DNA of 64,000 nt from positions 352,001-416,000 of the forward strand of contig JAVLKG010000002.1 in assembly GCA_032128875.1 (NCBI GenBank), written 5' to 3'. Made by a program: the position numbers and the translations under genes. Source of the DNA: Candidatus Melainabacteria bacterium 17Bon1m. GTDB taxonomy: Bacteria > Cyanobacteriota > Vampirovibrionia > Obscuribacterales > Obscuribacteraceae. Shown here piece by piece: positions 1 through 10,287 of this stretch (positions within the stretch are counted from its first letter, which is position 1; the number at the start of each line of letters is the position of its first letter). The notes below the pieces were generated by a model that saw only the letters and a list, made by a program, of their open reading frames with translations, was not told the origin of the DNA and did not search any database.

Positions 1-917
1 ATGTTTTAGAAAACGTAGCACGGCTTCATGGCGAGATGGTCTCCGCTATCGAGACAAATAGGGGTGGTCGTGACTATGATTGCATTGTCGCTTACAGTGG
101 TGGCAAAGATTCAAGCTACACCCTGAAAGTTCTTACGGAAAACTTCGGGCTCAAATGTCTGGCTGTCACTGTCGATAACGGATTCATGTCCGAGCAGGCG
201 CGAGTCAACGCAAAGGCTGTCACCGAGTCCCTTGGTGTCGACTATCAATTGTTTGCGCCGGCGTGGGACTTCATGTCGAGAATGTACAAGCAGAGTGTCG
301 ACAATTCTGAGTTGCATTCCAAGGCTGCAATTAAGCGTGCTAGTGCAGTCTGCAATTCTTGTATCGGACTTGTAAACGTCTACATGATCCGCCTGGCGCT
401 TATGCACGGCGTGAAGCTTATAGCTGGTGGCTACATCGGGGGGCAGGTCCCGAAGGATACAGCGATTCTCGAGCTTAATCTCGATTTCTATTTGAAGACG
501 CGCGAAGCGACCATGGAGCGCTATGAAAGTTCGTTCGGCGAAGACACAAGAAAGTATTTCGATGTGCCTCAAGAGCTGCTTCAGAGTTCGCAAATGAGTA
601 AACTGACCATCCTCAATCCGATGCTTGCTCTCAATGTGGGAGAAGAGGAGATTATCGCGCAACTGGCGCCTCTGGGCTGGAAGCAAACTATTGACACGGG
701 TGTCAATTCGAGCAATTGCCGTCTCAACGATTTTGGAATTGCCATGCACTACAACACGCATGGTTTCAATCCATACGTGTTTGAAATCTCTGAGCAAGTG
801 CGGCATGGTCTCATGACGCGCGAAGTTGCACTAAAGAAAGCTCTTTCTATTCCTTCGCTGAATGATGTGCAGTGGCAGGCGAAAAAGCTGGGCGTTGAGA
901 TTGCATGTGCGGAATAG
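1..917 (+). CDS. PP-loop ATP pyrophosphatase / N-acetyl-sugar amidotransferase-like protein, 5' truncated by window edge
   Basis: PP-loop AYSGGKDSS, VDNGF and CNSC motifs. The frame is open from position 3 to the ATG at 36, so the real start is probably upstream. Confidence 0.75.
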   Translation, partial: VLENVARLHGEMVSAIETNRGGRDYDCIVAYSGGKDSSYTLKVLTENFGLKCLAVTVDNGFMSEQARVNAKAVTESLGVDYQLFAPAWDFMSRMYKQSVDNSELHSKAAIKRASAVCNSCIGLVNVYMIRLALMHGVKLIAGGYIGGQVPKDTAILELNLDFYLKTREATMERYESSFGEDTRKYFDVPQELLQSSQMSKLTILNPMLALNVGEEEIIAQLAPLGWKQTIDTGVNSSNCRLNDFGIAMHYNTHGFNPYVFEISEQVRHGLMTREVALKKALSIPSLNDVQWQAKKLGVEIACAE

Positions 918-2905
918 CAGGACTTTATTCTGTTAATCGCAGCAGTGATGAGTATCCCTCTATCATTGTCGATATGCTCAGTCGTATCAAGCATCGAGGA
1001 CCCGATGAAAGTGGATATTTCTTCGACGACAATGCTGTAATTGGTTCGGTCCGTCTGCGCATAATCGATTTGCACACAGGGTCTCAGCCTCTGACTGACA
1101 GCAGTGGAAGGTTTTGGATCGCGTATAACGGTGAGATCTATAATTATTTAGAGCTGAAAGAACAGCTTAAGGCGCGTGGACATAGTTTCAAAACTGAGTC
1201 GGACACTGAAGTACTGCTGCTCTCGTATATTGAGTGGGGACTCGATGCCTTCAAGCGTTTCAATGGTGGCTTTAGTGTCGCTATTTATGACACCCTGAAG
1301 AAAGAACTTGTACTTGCCAGGGACCGTTATGGAAAGCGCCCTCTGTATTATGCAACTGCGGGCAATACCACCGTTTTTGCCTCCGAGATGAAAGCCTTTC
1401 TTGGAAATCCTGATGTTTCCTTCGCCTGGGATAACGAGCAGCTTTCGCCCATTTTTTCGCACTGGGTGCCGGTAGAGTATCAAACAGGTTTCAAAAATAT
1501 TGCCCAGATTCCTTCAGCCAGCTACATGGTTATAAACGAATCTGGCAGTCGTGTTGAGACTTACGATATTTTGGATTTGCAGGTTGAAGAGTTCAAAGGT
1601 ACTGAGGAAGAAGCCGTCGAGATAACTCGTGAAAAACTGCGTGAGGCTGTCCGCCTGCGTCTTCAGAGCGACGTGGAAGTCGGGGTCTATCTAAGCGGTG
1701 GTCTAGATTCCTCTATAACTTCTTTGTTGGCAAAACAACTCAACCCGCTGCCGGTTCGATCATTTTCGGTCGCATTCACTGATGAGAATTTTGACGAATC
1801 TCAATATCAAGAAGAGACGAGCAAATTTATTGGTACAAAACATACCTCACTGCGTGTGACGCATGAAGACATTGCACGTGACTTTCCGCTCGCTGTCTAT
1901 CATTCAGAAGTTCCACTTTTTCGCTCTGCCCTGGTTCCGCTATACACGCTTTCAAAAATGGTGCGAGAACATGGAATAAAAGTTGTCCTTACAGGCGAGG
2001 GATCTGATGAAACATTTCTTGGATATGACATATTCAAGGAGACAAATCTTCTCGACCGCTGGATGAAGGGCGCAGATGAGTCTGAGCGCGAGCAGCTTGT
2101 AGCAGGGCTTTATCCGTATCTCAAGCACTATAACAAAGACAATTTTAGAGCGATATCCGGTACTTACTCGAGATATGCACAACCCGGTGAAGCGAAATAT
2201 TTCGGGCATTCGATTCGCTTCGGTAATTCGCGTTTGGCTCTCAAGTTTCTCAAAGACGGTAACGATCCTGATAATTTCTTGTCTGACTTTGTAAGTGCGC
2301 ATTCTCGAGAATATGACGCCTTGAGCCCTATCGCAAAGACGCAGTGGCTCGAGTTTAAAACGCTGTTGGGCGGCTACCTGCTTTCCTCTCAAGGTGATCG
2401 CATGGCTTTGGCAAACGGCGTTGAAAATCGTTGTCCCTTCCTCGATCCAAATCTAGTTGCCTGGGCGTTTGGTTTGCCGGTCGAATATCGATTGAAAGGC
2501 GGTCTTGGCGAAAAGAACATCTTGAAAAAGGCCTTCGAGAAGGAGTTGCCGCCGTCAGTCATCACGCGCTCCAAACAACCTTTTGTTGCTCCAGATGCGG
2601 TCGTCTTTCTTTCAAAGTCACCACCGGAATACGTCGAGAGTGTCTTATCGGTAGATGAGCTAAAAAAAATCGATTCGCTCGATCACGGATTTTGTCAAAA
2701 GTTCGTTGATAAGCTGCGAAATTCAGAGCCCGGGCGCATTGCGCCTCGAGAGAATCAAGCATTCTTACTTCTGCTCTCTATGGCTCTTCTCGACAAATAC
2801 TATGTACGCAGAGAATATCGAGATATCTCTCCGTTTGAAAAAATCGAGAATATTACGATTGCCGTTGATGGGCGTCAGGCACCAAGGGCGGTATCAAAAC
2901 TTTAG
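905..2905 (+). CDS. asnB: asparagine synthase (glutamine-hydrolysing)-family amidotransferase
   Basis: N-terminal MCGIAG (Ntn Cys), HRGPD, NGEIYN, LSGGLDSS, TGEGSDE and RCPFLD motifs. Overlaps the upstream gene by 13 bp. Confidence 0.9.
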   Translation: MCGIAGLYSVNRSSDEYPSIIVDMLSRIKHRGPDESGYFFDDNAVIGSVRLRIIDLHTGSQPLTDSSGRFWIAYNGEIYNYLELKEQLKARGHSFKTESDTEVLLLSYIEWGLDAFKRFNGGFSVAIYDTLKKELVLARDRYGKRPLYYATAGNTTVFASEMKAFLGNPDVSFAWDNEQLSPIFSHWVPVEYQTGFKNIAQIPSASYMVINESGSRVETYDILDLQVEEFKGTEEEAVEITREKLREAVRLRLQSDVEVGVYLSGGLDSSITSLLAKQLNPLPVRSFSVAFTDENFDESQYQEETSKFIGTKHTSLRVTHEDIARDFPLAVYHSEVPLFRSALVPLYTLSKMVREHGIKVVLTGEGSDETFLGYDIFKETNLLDRWMKGADESEREQLVAGLYPYLKHYNKDNFRAISGTYSRYAQPGEAKYFGHSIRFGNSRLALKFLKDGNDPDNFLSDFVSAHSREYDALSPIAKTQWLEFKTLLGGYLLSSQGDRMALANGVENRCPFLDPNLVAWAFGLPVEYRLKGGLGEKNILKKAFEKELPPSVITRSKQPFVAPDAVVFLSKSPPEYVESVLSVDELKKIDSLDHGFCQKFVDKLRNSEPGRIAPRENQAFLLLLSMALLDKYYVRREYRDISPFEKIENITIAVDGRQAPRAVSKL

Positions 2906-3726
2906 TTGCTTCGTGCGTCTTTTGTTGGAGCTGTAGCCGGTGTTGGAGCCGCTGGCGCTGGAGTTTCTGCCGGCGGTTTTTTTTCTGTGTCCGACTGCGT
3001 GTAATTGCGCGTGTACAAGTTTGTTCCAACTGGCGATAAATGATGCTTGCCGTCTTTGTGTTTTTCCTGCAACAGGCTTTTTAGATTTTCTGCGCTTCGT
3101 TGAACTTCTGTCGGCGTCCTTTTGTAATATCCGCCTTGGTTTGACTCATATTGCCTGCTGAGTCCGTCTAAATACCGCGCCAGTTCAGGAGGAACATCAC
3201 CCCTCTTAGGACCCATCCACCAGGGCGCGCTTCCGCCAGCCTGGCGCCTGCCAGAATTTTGCATTCCTTGCCCTGCCTGTTTGTCCAATGTTGCCAGCGC
3301 GCGTTCCATCGCAGGATCTAACCGTGGTGCCGCTTGCTCGGACGCTCTCTTTGTCAGCCCTTGCCCCTGTGCATCTACGTCGAGGTAATCCAGAGCCTGT
3401 TTGGCGAACTTCCCTACTTGTCCGGTCGGATCAAGTGCATAAGCAATGCGAAACTCTCTAACAGCAGACTCCATCTGCTTCAAATGCACGCAGCAATTGC
3501 CCATGTAGTAGTGCAGAGTCGGGTTGTTGAACTCGGTTGGCATCGCAGCGCCGAGATTTCCTGCGGCGGCGGCGAAGTCGCCATTACGATAATCTTGAAC
3601 ACCCTGCAAGAGAAACTTGTTGACGGCGAGTGCCGGAGCCAGGCCTGACGCCGCGAAGAGAAAGCAGCCAGCAAGCAAAGCCCGCGAGGCTTTCTTTCGT
3701 ATTGCTTTTTCGCTGCCGGCTTTCAT
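2902..3726 (-). CDS. exported TPR-repeat protein
   Basis: Signal-peptide-like N-terminus (ALA-V), TPR-like helices (LHYYMGNC...AVREFRIAYALDP) and a Pro/Ala-rich tail. Confidence 0.7.
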   Translation of the reverse strand: MKAGSEKAIRKKASRALLAGCFLFAASGLAPALAVNKFLLQGVQDYRNGDFAAAAGNLGAAMPTEFNNPTLHYYMGNCCVHLKQMESAVREFRIAYALDPTGQVGKFAKQALDYLDVDAQGQGLTKRASEQAAPRLDPAMERALATLDKQAGQGMQNSGRRQAGGSAPWWMGPKRGDVPPELARYLDGLSRQYESNQGGYYKRTPTEVQRSAENLKSLLQEKHKDGKHHLSPVGTNLYTRNYTQSDTEKKPPAETPAPAAPTPATAPTKDARSN

Positions 3727-3771
3727 TAATTGGCTCCGAATGCTTCTCTCATCTTACATGCCCAGTTCATA

Positions 3772-5313
3772 TTATTCTGTGATGAAGTTGGAAATTGTCG
3801 TTCTAGAAATGATAAGGATGCCCAGGCAAGAGTTAAAGCCTGTGCCTGGTGCCCATCTAACCGTGCCCGAAACTTGAGTGTATTTCTCACAGTCTGGGTT
3901 GCCGCCAATAATTTGTGGCCAACAATAGTTTGGTTCGTCACGTTGTTCGTTTTCATTGACGATGAGCTTTGCTTCGCCATCAATCGTAGTCTGCGAGTTC
4001 ATCCATGATTCAGGAAGCGGTTGCCCCGGAATAATGGGAGCGATCCTTATTTTGGGATCTGTTTTGTCCTGACTGCCATACACCGGATAGATGATGTACT
4101 CAGGAGCTGGAGGAACAGATTGCAGCATTGCATTGAGTTCTCCCATCGTAAAGTCGTGTTTGATTTCTTTGATTCGTTGCAGCATCCTTTCATATTGCTC
4201 TTTGTGATTGCCTGGGAGCGCATTCATAGAACCAAGCAAGGTGCCTGATTTGTATTCGTTGCCTAACGACGCATAGCCATTCAAAATGCGGTTGTTTTTC
4301 AGTTGATAGCCTTTAATTCCGAACACTGTCTTAGGTTCAAAACCATACGGAGTTTTAGGCGCAGCCTCTTTCTCTTTGACTTTCCAATAAGCAAAATTTG
4401 ACATTAAGATCTTGATGTATGCATGCGGAATCGCCAGTCTGTACTCGTGCATCGGGTTTGCGACACTCGACGCTGATGCGCTTAAAGAAGCCTTTGTGCC
4501 TAGGTTTATGCCGTTGGCGCGAAATGCATTTGGGACAGGATTGCCTGGTACCGGATTTGTGCGCGCATCGTTGGCATTGAAATTACTGTCCGTAGTGAGG
4601 TGCGGCATTTCATTGGGAACGAATGATGCGAACGTGAAATTCTTGTTGTTGGCGTTGAATGGCATATATCCTTTCACATGACCGCCGCTGGAAGGTGCCA
4701 CACCCGCGCCTTTGGGAATCTGTTTCTCATCGAATTTCAGATTGCTGGCGGCGCCTCGGTCCACCATGGCGACGTCCCATCCAGGTCCGTCAACTGTTTT
4801 TAAATCTGAGTTGGCACCAAGTAATTTTGCCCTGCGAAGATTGGCAATGTCGTTGAAGAACGAGTCCAACTTTTGTTTGCATGTCACTGTCTCGACCAAG
4901 GTGTCATTGCATTGCTGCGCTATACGATAGGCTTGATCGGCATTCTGGGCGGTGTATGAATTCGCCAGTCCTTCTTTTTGAATCGCTTCTGCGTTGGCGT
5001 TGATTAAATACGCTTTGCCCCAGATGCGGTTGATATTGCTCATTCCGACTAATCCGCCTTTGTCTGCGACGTCGGAGAATTGATCGGAGATGGGCACTCT
5101 CAGTTTTGCAACTTGTTTGGAAACGTTGAGAGCGGCGGCGTCAACAGCATTTCGAACTTCTCGGGAGCCGCTATTGAGTGTGTAAAACTGGAAGGCGACG
5201 AAGACGAGGATAATCAGAAATCCTGCACTCACAACAACAAGAACGAGAGAAACACCGCGTTCTTCACGTTTTGTTTTTTTGACTAATCTTGAGTTTGCAG
5301 TTTTCATCTTCAT
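3772..5313 (-). CDS. TadG-like pilus-associated (minor pilin/adhesin) protein
   Basis: Basic leader, RG|VSLVLVVV hydrophobic helix and NAVDAAAL motif typical of TadG-like N-termini. Confidence 0.65.
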   Translation of the reverse strand: MKMKTANSRLVKKTKREERGVSLVLVVVSAGFLIILVFVAFQFYTLNSGSREVRNAVDAAALNVSKQVAKLRVPISDQFSDVADKGGLVGMSNINRIWGKAYLINANAEAIQKEGLANSYTAQNADQAYRIAQQCNDTLVETVTCKQKLDSFFNDIANLRRAKLLGANSDLKTVDGPGWDVAMVDRGAASNLKFDEKQIPKGAGVAPSSGGHVKGYMPFNANNKNFTFASFVPNEMPHLTTDSNFNANDARTNPVPGNPVPNAFRANGINLGTKASLSASASSVANPMHEYRLAIPHAYIKILMSNFAYWKVKEKEAAPKTPYGFEPKTVFGIKGYQLKNNRILNGYASLGNEYKSGTLLGSMNALPGNHKEQYERMLQRIKEIKHDFTMGELNAMLQSVPPAPEYIIYPVYGSQDKTDPKIRIAPIIPGQPLPESWMNSQTTIDGEAKLIVNENEQRDEPNYCWPQIIGGNPDCEKYTQVSGTVRWAPGTGFNSCLGILIISRTTISNFITE

Positions 5314-5316
5314 ATC

Positions 5317-5772
5317 CTAGTTGGGTGCCGGAGTTGAGACGATGGGCTCGATTGAGCTAGCGCGGCATTTTATTTCTTCGTAACCAGGCAGTGGAACTGG
5401 TAATTTTAGTTGCATCAATGTTGCGACCGATACCAAGCCTTTTGCTGGATCGTATTGAACGTCATCGACCATGACTGCTTGAACCATCCATACAGGCGTG
5501 CAGTGCTTCACAACATCTTCCGCGACTGTTTGCGCGCTGTCCTGCGTGGTTGCTTTGGCTGCACCACGGGCAGCCGCTTCAGCGAGGTGCTCATTGCTGT
5601 CGACTGCAGACATGAAGGCGACTACGTCTACTGCTGCAAGACCGATTGGGATGAGAATGATAAAGCCGGTCAGTGTTTCTACCAAGCTGGATGCTCGGTT
5701 CGATCTAGCCGAGTATTGAGAAAGCCTCGCATACTTTCGTGTAGTGGTCCGGTTTTTAGCGGAACATATCAT
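5317..5772 (-). CDS. TadE-like pseudopilin
   Basis: Basic leader, RA|SSLVE, hydrophobic helix and AAARGAA motif. Confidence 0.65.
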   Translation of the reverse strand: MICSAKNRTTTRKYARLSQYSARSNRASSLVETLTGFIILIPIGLAAVDVVAFMSAVDSNEHLAEAAARGAAKATTQDSAQTVAEDVVKHCTPVWMVQAVMVDDVQYDPAKGLVSVATLMQLKLPVPLPGYEEIKCRASSIEPIVSTPAPN

Positions 5773-6271
5773 TTGGGTTCTCCAAAAGTTTAGTCCGCGC
5801 GACTTTCATTTCTACTGGGGCACCGAGTGCCGGTATTTTCGCCAGAAATGGGATTTTCAGTAGAGGTTCGATTGATACGTTTGTGGTCACAGTTACGTAA
5901 ACTGCAACCTCGCTGAGCTTGTAGTCTACTTTTGTCACTGGAGGTCCGGAGAGGCGCGCAAGCCCACCCATTGCAGAGCCTGCCCATTTGTTAGGGATGC
6001 CTGCAATGACTTCTCCTCTGTCTGAAACAGCCAGGCTTTTGGCGGACTTGGACGCTTCGCGAAGCTGAATGTCATTGAGCGTCATGACCGAGTAATAGCT
6101 GATGCCGAAGTAGATGACATCGATAAGCGGAAAGAGCGCAAACATGAGCAGCAAGAACAACGCTGGTCCTGCCTCGCTCAATGCTGTTCCGCGGCGCCTG
6201 CGCGAAACTGATAGCTGCCGCCTTTTGAAGACGCAGGAGGTTTCGCAAGACCTGAGGCGAGCGCTCACCAA
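5756..6271 (-). CDS. TadE-like pseudopilin
   Basis: RRRG|TALSE prepilin-like site followed by a hydrophobic helix and LREAS. Confidence 0.6.
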   Translation of the reverse strand: MVSARLRSCETSCVFKRRQLSVSRRRRGTALSEAGPALFLLLMFALFPLIDVIYFGISYYSVMTLNDIQLREASKSAKSLAVSDRGEVIAGIPNKWAGSAMGGLARLSGPPVTKVDYKLSEVAVYVTVTTNVSIEPLLKIPFLAKIPALGAPVEMKVARTKLLENPNDMFR

Positions 6272-6441
6272 ATAGTTCTCCCCGGCTTTCGAACTAGTGA
6301 CCCATCAGACGGCTTACAAGAAAGTGAGAATTGCCTAATAATTATAACAGAGCTTATACATTAGCTCTGTAAAGGTAGTGTGTGCTGGTTATGGAACTCT
6401 GAAGGGTATTGTTGGAGAGCTTTTTGAGCCAGTTGTGATTT

Positions 6442-7662
6442 TTAGCTATTCAAAACGCTTTGTCCGGGTGGCAGAAGGGCACAGTAGGCGACATCCTGCC
6501 CTAAATTCTTGACTGAAACTTGATGGAGAGCGACTGCATCATCCAGGTTACGCGCGCGTCCGCCTAATGCAGATACTGCAAGAGGATCTTGCAGCAGCTT
6601 GGGTGCGACAATCCAAATGATTTCATCGACAAGACCTTCATCAATCATGTTGCCCGCAAGACTGCCTCCACCTTCGCAAAGTACTGTGTTGATGCCTCTT
6701 TTCACTATCTGGCGCAGTCCTTCCTCAAGATCGAGGACGATTGATTCTCGATTTTGCTCTTTGTCATCTTCTCTGCGCAGGGGGACACCAGCCGCCAATT
6801 GAGAGACCTTTACGGTGGGCTTTGAGATTTCATACGGCACGCCAATCAGCTCAACAAGCGGGAGATCGACAAGTTGTCGGTCGGCTCGATCTTCTCTAGT
6901 GATAACTAGAGTTCGTGCGCTGGTTTTATGCGTGTAAATTTTGGATTCAAATGACACCGTCAAATCTTTGTCCACGAGCACTTTTACAGGGTCTCTGCTG
7001 TTTTCTATATCGCGCACGTTCAAGGTCGGATTGTCGATCAGCGCTGTATTAGTGCCAACCAAAACAGCGTCAAACACGTTGCGTAATTGGTGCACATAGT
7101 GTCGAGCTTCCGCGCCTGTAATCCATCTGCTACCGCCATGACGGTCGGCGATTTTTGCATCAAGGGTGGTGGCAAGTTTTAAACAAACCCAAGGCAAACC
7201 AGTCTTGATTCGTTTTATAAATCCGCGATTTAGAACCTTGCATTCGGCTTCTAGAACACCTGAAACGACTTCAATTCCTGCATCTTTAAGTGCCTGGATC
7301 CCACCCCCGGCAACGACAGGATTTGGATCGACCATTCCGCAGATTACTGTTCTTACTCCGCTGGCGATAACTTTATCGCTGCAAGGAGGAGTTTTTCCAT
7401 GGTGGCAGCAAGGCTCCAGATTCACATAAAGTGTGCCGTCCTTAGCCTTTTCACCAGCTTCATTCAGAGCATGTACTTCTGCATGCGGCTGTCCGTGTTT
7501 TTGATGATAACCACGTCCAACAACATTTCCGGCTTTGTCTAGAACAACTGCACCGACCATCGGATTTGGAGATGTTCGTCCGTGTGCGCGCGCTGCCAGT
7601 TCGAGGCATTCGCGCATAAAACTCTCATGAATTTCAGGAGAAGAAGACTTCGGCAACTCCAT
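6442..7662 (-). CDS. ribD: riboflavin biosynthesis deaminase/reductase
   Basis: PNPMVGAV, HAE, LEPCCHHGKTPPC zinc site, and reductase motifs SRWIT and EGGGSL. Confidence 0.95.
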   Translation of the reverse strand: MELPKSSSPEIHESFMRECLELAARAHGRTSPNPMVGAVVLDKAGNVVGRGYHQKHGQPHAEVHALNEAGEKAKDGTLYVNLEPCCHHGKTPPCSDKVIASGVRTVICGMVDPNPVVAGGGIQALKDAGIEVVSGVLEAECKVLNRGFIKRIKTGLPWVCLKLATTLDAKIADRHGGSRWITGAEARHYVHQLRNVFDAVLVGTNTALIDNPTLNVRDIENSRDPVKVLVDKDLTVSFESKIYTHKTSARTLVITREDRADRQLVDLPLVELIGVPYEISKPTVKVSQLAAGVPLRREDDKEQNRESIVLDLEEGLRQIVKRGINTVLCEGGGSLAGNMIDEGLVDEIIWIVAPKLLQDPLAVSALGGRARNLDDAVALHQVSVKNLGQDVAYCALLPPGQSVLNS

Positions 7663-8653
7663 AGAGCTCCATATCGAGGGACTTTATCTTGCCTACGCCC
7701 TCGCTGATCGGAACATCGACTACATGATTGCCTTGCAATGCAACCATGCGACCGAACTTCTTTTCGTGAACCAGGTCTGTTGCCTTCACACCAAATCTGG
7801 TGGCAAGCACTCGGTCGAAAGCGGTTGGCGAACCACCACGCTGAATGTGACCAAGAACGGTTGCCCGTGTCTCATATCCAGTTTCTTCTTCAATCATTTT
7901 GGCAAGCCTTTCGCCGATACCCGTGCGCTTGTTGCCGTTGATCGTTACTGGCGGGACTTCCTCATCCCCTTCCAGTCTAGCGCCTTCGGCTACTACCAAA
8001 ATTGAATAGTCTCTGCCTCTGGCATGGCGCTTCTTGATTGATTCTGCGATTTCTTTCAACTTGATTGGTTTTTCCGGAACCAGCACGAAGTCGGCACCAC
8101 CTGCAATACCGCCATAACAGGCGATCCATCCTGCATTGCCGCCCATTACTTCGCAAACCAGCACGCGGTTGTGTGACTCTGCTGTGGTATGAAGCCTGTC
8201 GATGGCTTCCATTACCACGTTAACGGCAGTGTCGAAGCCGAAAGTAAAATCAGTCGAGTTTAAATCGTTATCGATTGTTTTAGGAACACAAACGATCTTG
8301 ATACCGTGCTTAGAACTCAGCTCTTCTGCAATATTGAGCGTTTCGTCTCCACCAATGGCAATCAGAGCGTCCAGGCGATGTTTTTCCATCTGCTCGGCAA
8401 TTTTTTCAGGACCGCGTTCGGTCTTGAAAGGATTGGCGCGCGATGTTCTGAGTATCGTTCCGCCTCTATGAATAAGTCCGCCGGTGCCTTGCAGGGTCAA
8501 AGGCATAACCATGCCTTCCATGGGACCGCGCCAGCCTTCGAGAAATCCCACGACCTCTGAGCCGTGTTCCATCACAGAACGCCTTACGATGGCTCGGACC
8601 ACGGCATTCAAGCCGGGGCAATCTCCTCCACCAGTAAGGATTCCTATCCGCAT
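7634..8653 (-). CDS. pfkA: 6-phosphofructokinase (PfkA family, group III-like)
   Basis: LTGGGDCPGLN, GGTILRTSR, PKTIDND, GFDTA and LGHIQRGG motifs. Confidence 0.9.
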   Translation of the reverse strand: MRIGILTGGGDCPGLNAVVRAIVRRSVMEHGSEVVGFLEGWRGPMEGMVMPLTLQGTGGLIHRGGTILRTSRANPFKTERGPEKIAEQMEKHRLDALIAIGGDETLNIAEELSSKHGIKIVCVPKTIDNDLNSTDFTFGFDTAVNVVMEAIDRLHTTAESHNRVLVCEVMGGNAGWIACYGGIAGGADFVLVPEKPIKLKEIAESIKKRHARGRDYSILVVAEGARLEGDEEVPPVTINGNKRTGIGERLAKMIEEETGYETRATVLGHIQRGGSPTAFDRVLATRFGVKATDLVHEKKFGRMVALQGNHVVDVPISEGVGKIKSLDMELYGVAEVFFS

Positions 8654-9140
8654 AGTTCAGGCCCACATAAGTGACACGCCAAGAGCAGCTCACAGATGAG
8701 CTGATTTCAAGCGACACAAACACGGTAAGTATAGCGGTATTGTCAGCGGCCCTGGCCTTTGATTGATTTTGGGGCGTCCTAAATCAGAGCGAAAATGACA
8801 GAAACCTGCACGGACAAGGGAAAAAGGCTGGTTAAGCTCTGTGAAACACCGGATTTCATGTAGGCTAAACCGCAGATTTGACCTTTCTGAAATCTGGGAC
8901 TTGGCGCCGATTACTGTCAGCATTTTTAAGCTTTTTAGAACTTCGAGGCGATTCTCGCCAGAAGGATTTACATTTATAGGATGCCAGAGCCGGTAATTGG
9001 GCTGGTTGCGCTCTTGTAAACGAGTGAAGCACAGCTGCCTGCCGAGTCTGCGAGTTCGAATTAATGGTGCACAGCGCCCCGGATACAAGAACGCACACCC
9101 GCACAAAGAGTGATTGCGCTCCCAATTGGAGGAACAGGAC

Positions 9141-10268
9141 TTGAATTTATATGAGTGGGAAGCCAAGAAGATTTTCCAGGAGCACGGCATTCCGGTTCCG
9201 CCGTCTCATCGCATCACAAAGCCGGAAGAATTGAGAAAGGTTCACCTGGGTTATCCACTCACTCTCAAGGTGCAAGTGCAATCGGGTGGTCGCGGTAAAG
9301 CCGGCGGCATCCAATTCGCTCAAGATTTGAAAGATGGTGAAACCAAAGCCAAAGACCTGCTCAAGATGGTCATCAACGGCTCGAAGACAGAAAGTCTTCT
9401 CATCGAACCCAGATTGAAAATTGCTCGCGAAATTTACTTATCTGTGACCCTCGACAGAAGCCGCGGTTGCGCAATCTTCATCGCCTCGGCTGAAGGCGGT
9501 ATCGAAATCGAATCGTCGACCAATGTCGTCACAATGCCGATTCCGTATCCTTATCACGACTATGTTGGTCGCGACCTGGCCAAACAAATCGGCTTGACCG
9601 GCAACTTGCTTAATAAGTTTGCCGACCTCGCCAATAGGCTCTACAAGCTCTTTGAGTCGAAAGATTTGGAGCTTGCTGAAATCAATCCGCTCATCGTTAC
9701 TGACGGTGATGAAGTTCTCGCGCTCGACGGCAAAATCACCATCTGCGACGACGCTTTGGGTCGCCACAAGTGTTTCGCCGGCTGGCAAGAAACCCACATG
9801 CTCGACTTGTCCGACAGAGAAAAGCGCTCGAAGCGCGCTGGACTCAATCTCGTTGAGCTCGATGGCAACATCGGTATCCTCTGCAACGGCGCTGGCTTGA
9901 CCATGGCGACCATGGACCTCGTCAAAGCTTTCGGCGGACAGCCAGGCAACTTCCTGGATGCCGGCGGTGGATCTGACACTGAGAAAACCCTTGAAGCACT
10001 GGAAATCGTGCACGACAACCCGAAGTGCGACGTCATTCTGGTCAACATCTTGGGCGGTATCACTGCTTGCGACGAAGTTGCACAAGCTCTCGTTGCATTT
10101 ATGAAGCGCCATCCTGAGCGCAAATTGATCGTTCGTCTTCGTGGCAACAACCAAGATGTCGCTGAAAAAATGCTCGCCGAATCTGGTCTGAAGCTTTATC
10201 CGGAACTCGAAGCCGCTGTGAAGCAAGCCGTTGAGCAATCCAAAGTTCCAGCCGGCGCTAAGCGCTAA
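9141..10268 (+). CDS. sucC: succinyl-CoA synthetase beta subunit
   Basis: TTG start after GGAGG gives MNLYEWEAK. Motifs [24 protein letters not shown] and NFLDAGG. Confidence 0.93.
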   Translation: MNLYEWEAKKIFQEHGIPVPPSHRITKPEELRKVHLGYPLTLKVQVQSGGRGKAGGIQFAQDLKDGETKAKDLLKMVINGSKTESLLIEPRLKIAREIYLSVTLDRSRGCAIFIASAEGGIEIESSTNVVTMPIPYPYHDYVGRDLAKQIGLTGNLLNKFADLANRLYKLFESKDLELAEINPLIVTDGDEVLALDGKITICDDALGRHKCFAGWQETHMLDLSDREKRSKRAGLNLVELDGNIGILCNGAGLTMATMDLVKAFGGQPGNFLDAGGGSDTEKTLEALEIVHDNPKCDVILVNILGGITACDEVAQALVAFMKRHPERKLIVRLRGNNQDVAEKMLAESGLKLYPELEAAVKQAVEQSKVPAGAKR

Positions 10269-10287
10269 TTTTAAGGAGATACACAAA

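Noticed and set aside
8690-9190. 166-aa minus-strand ORF between pfkA and sucC
   Set aside because: It has no motif or SD and overlaps the sucC start, so it is more likely a divergent promoter region.
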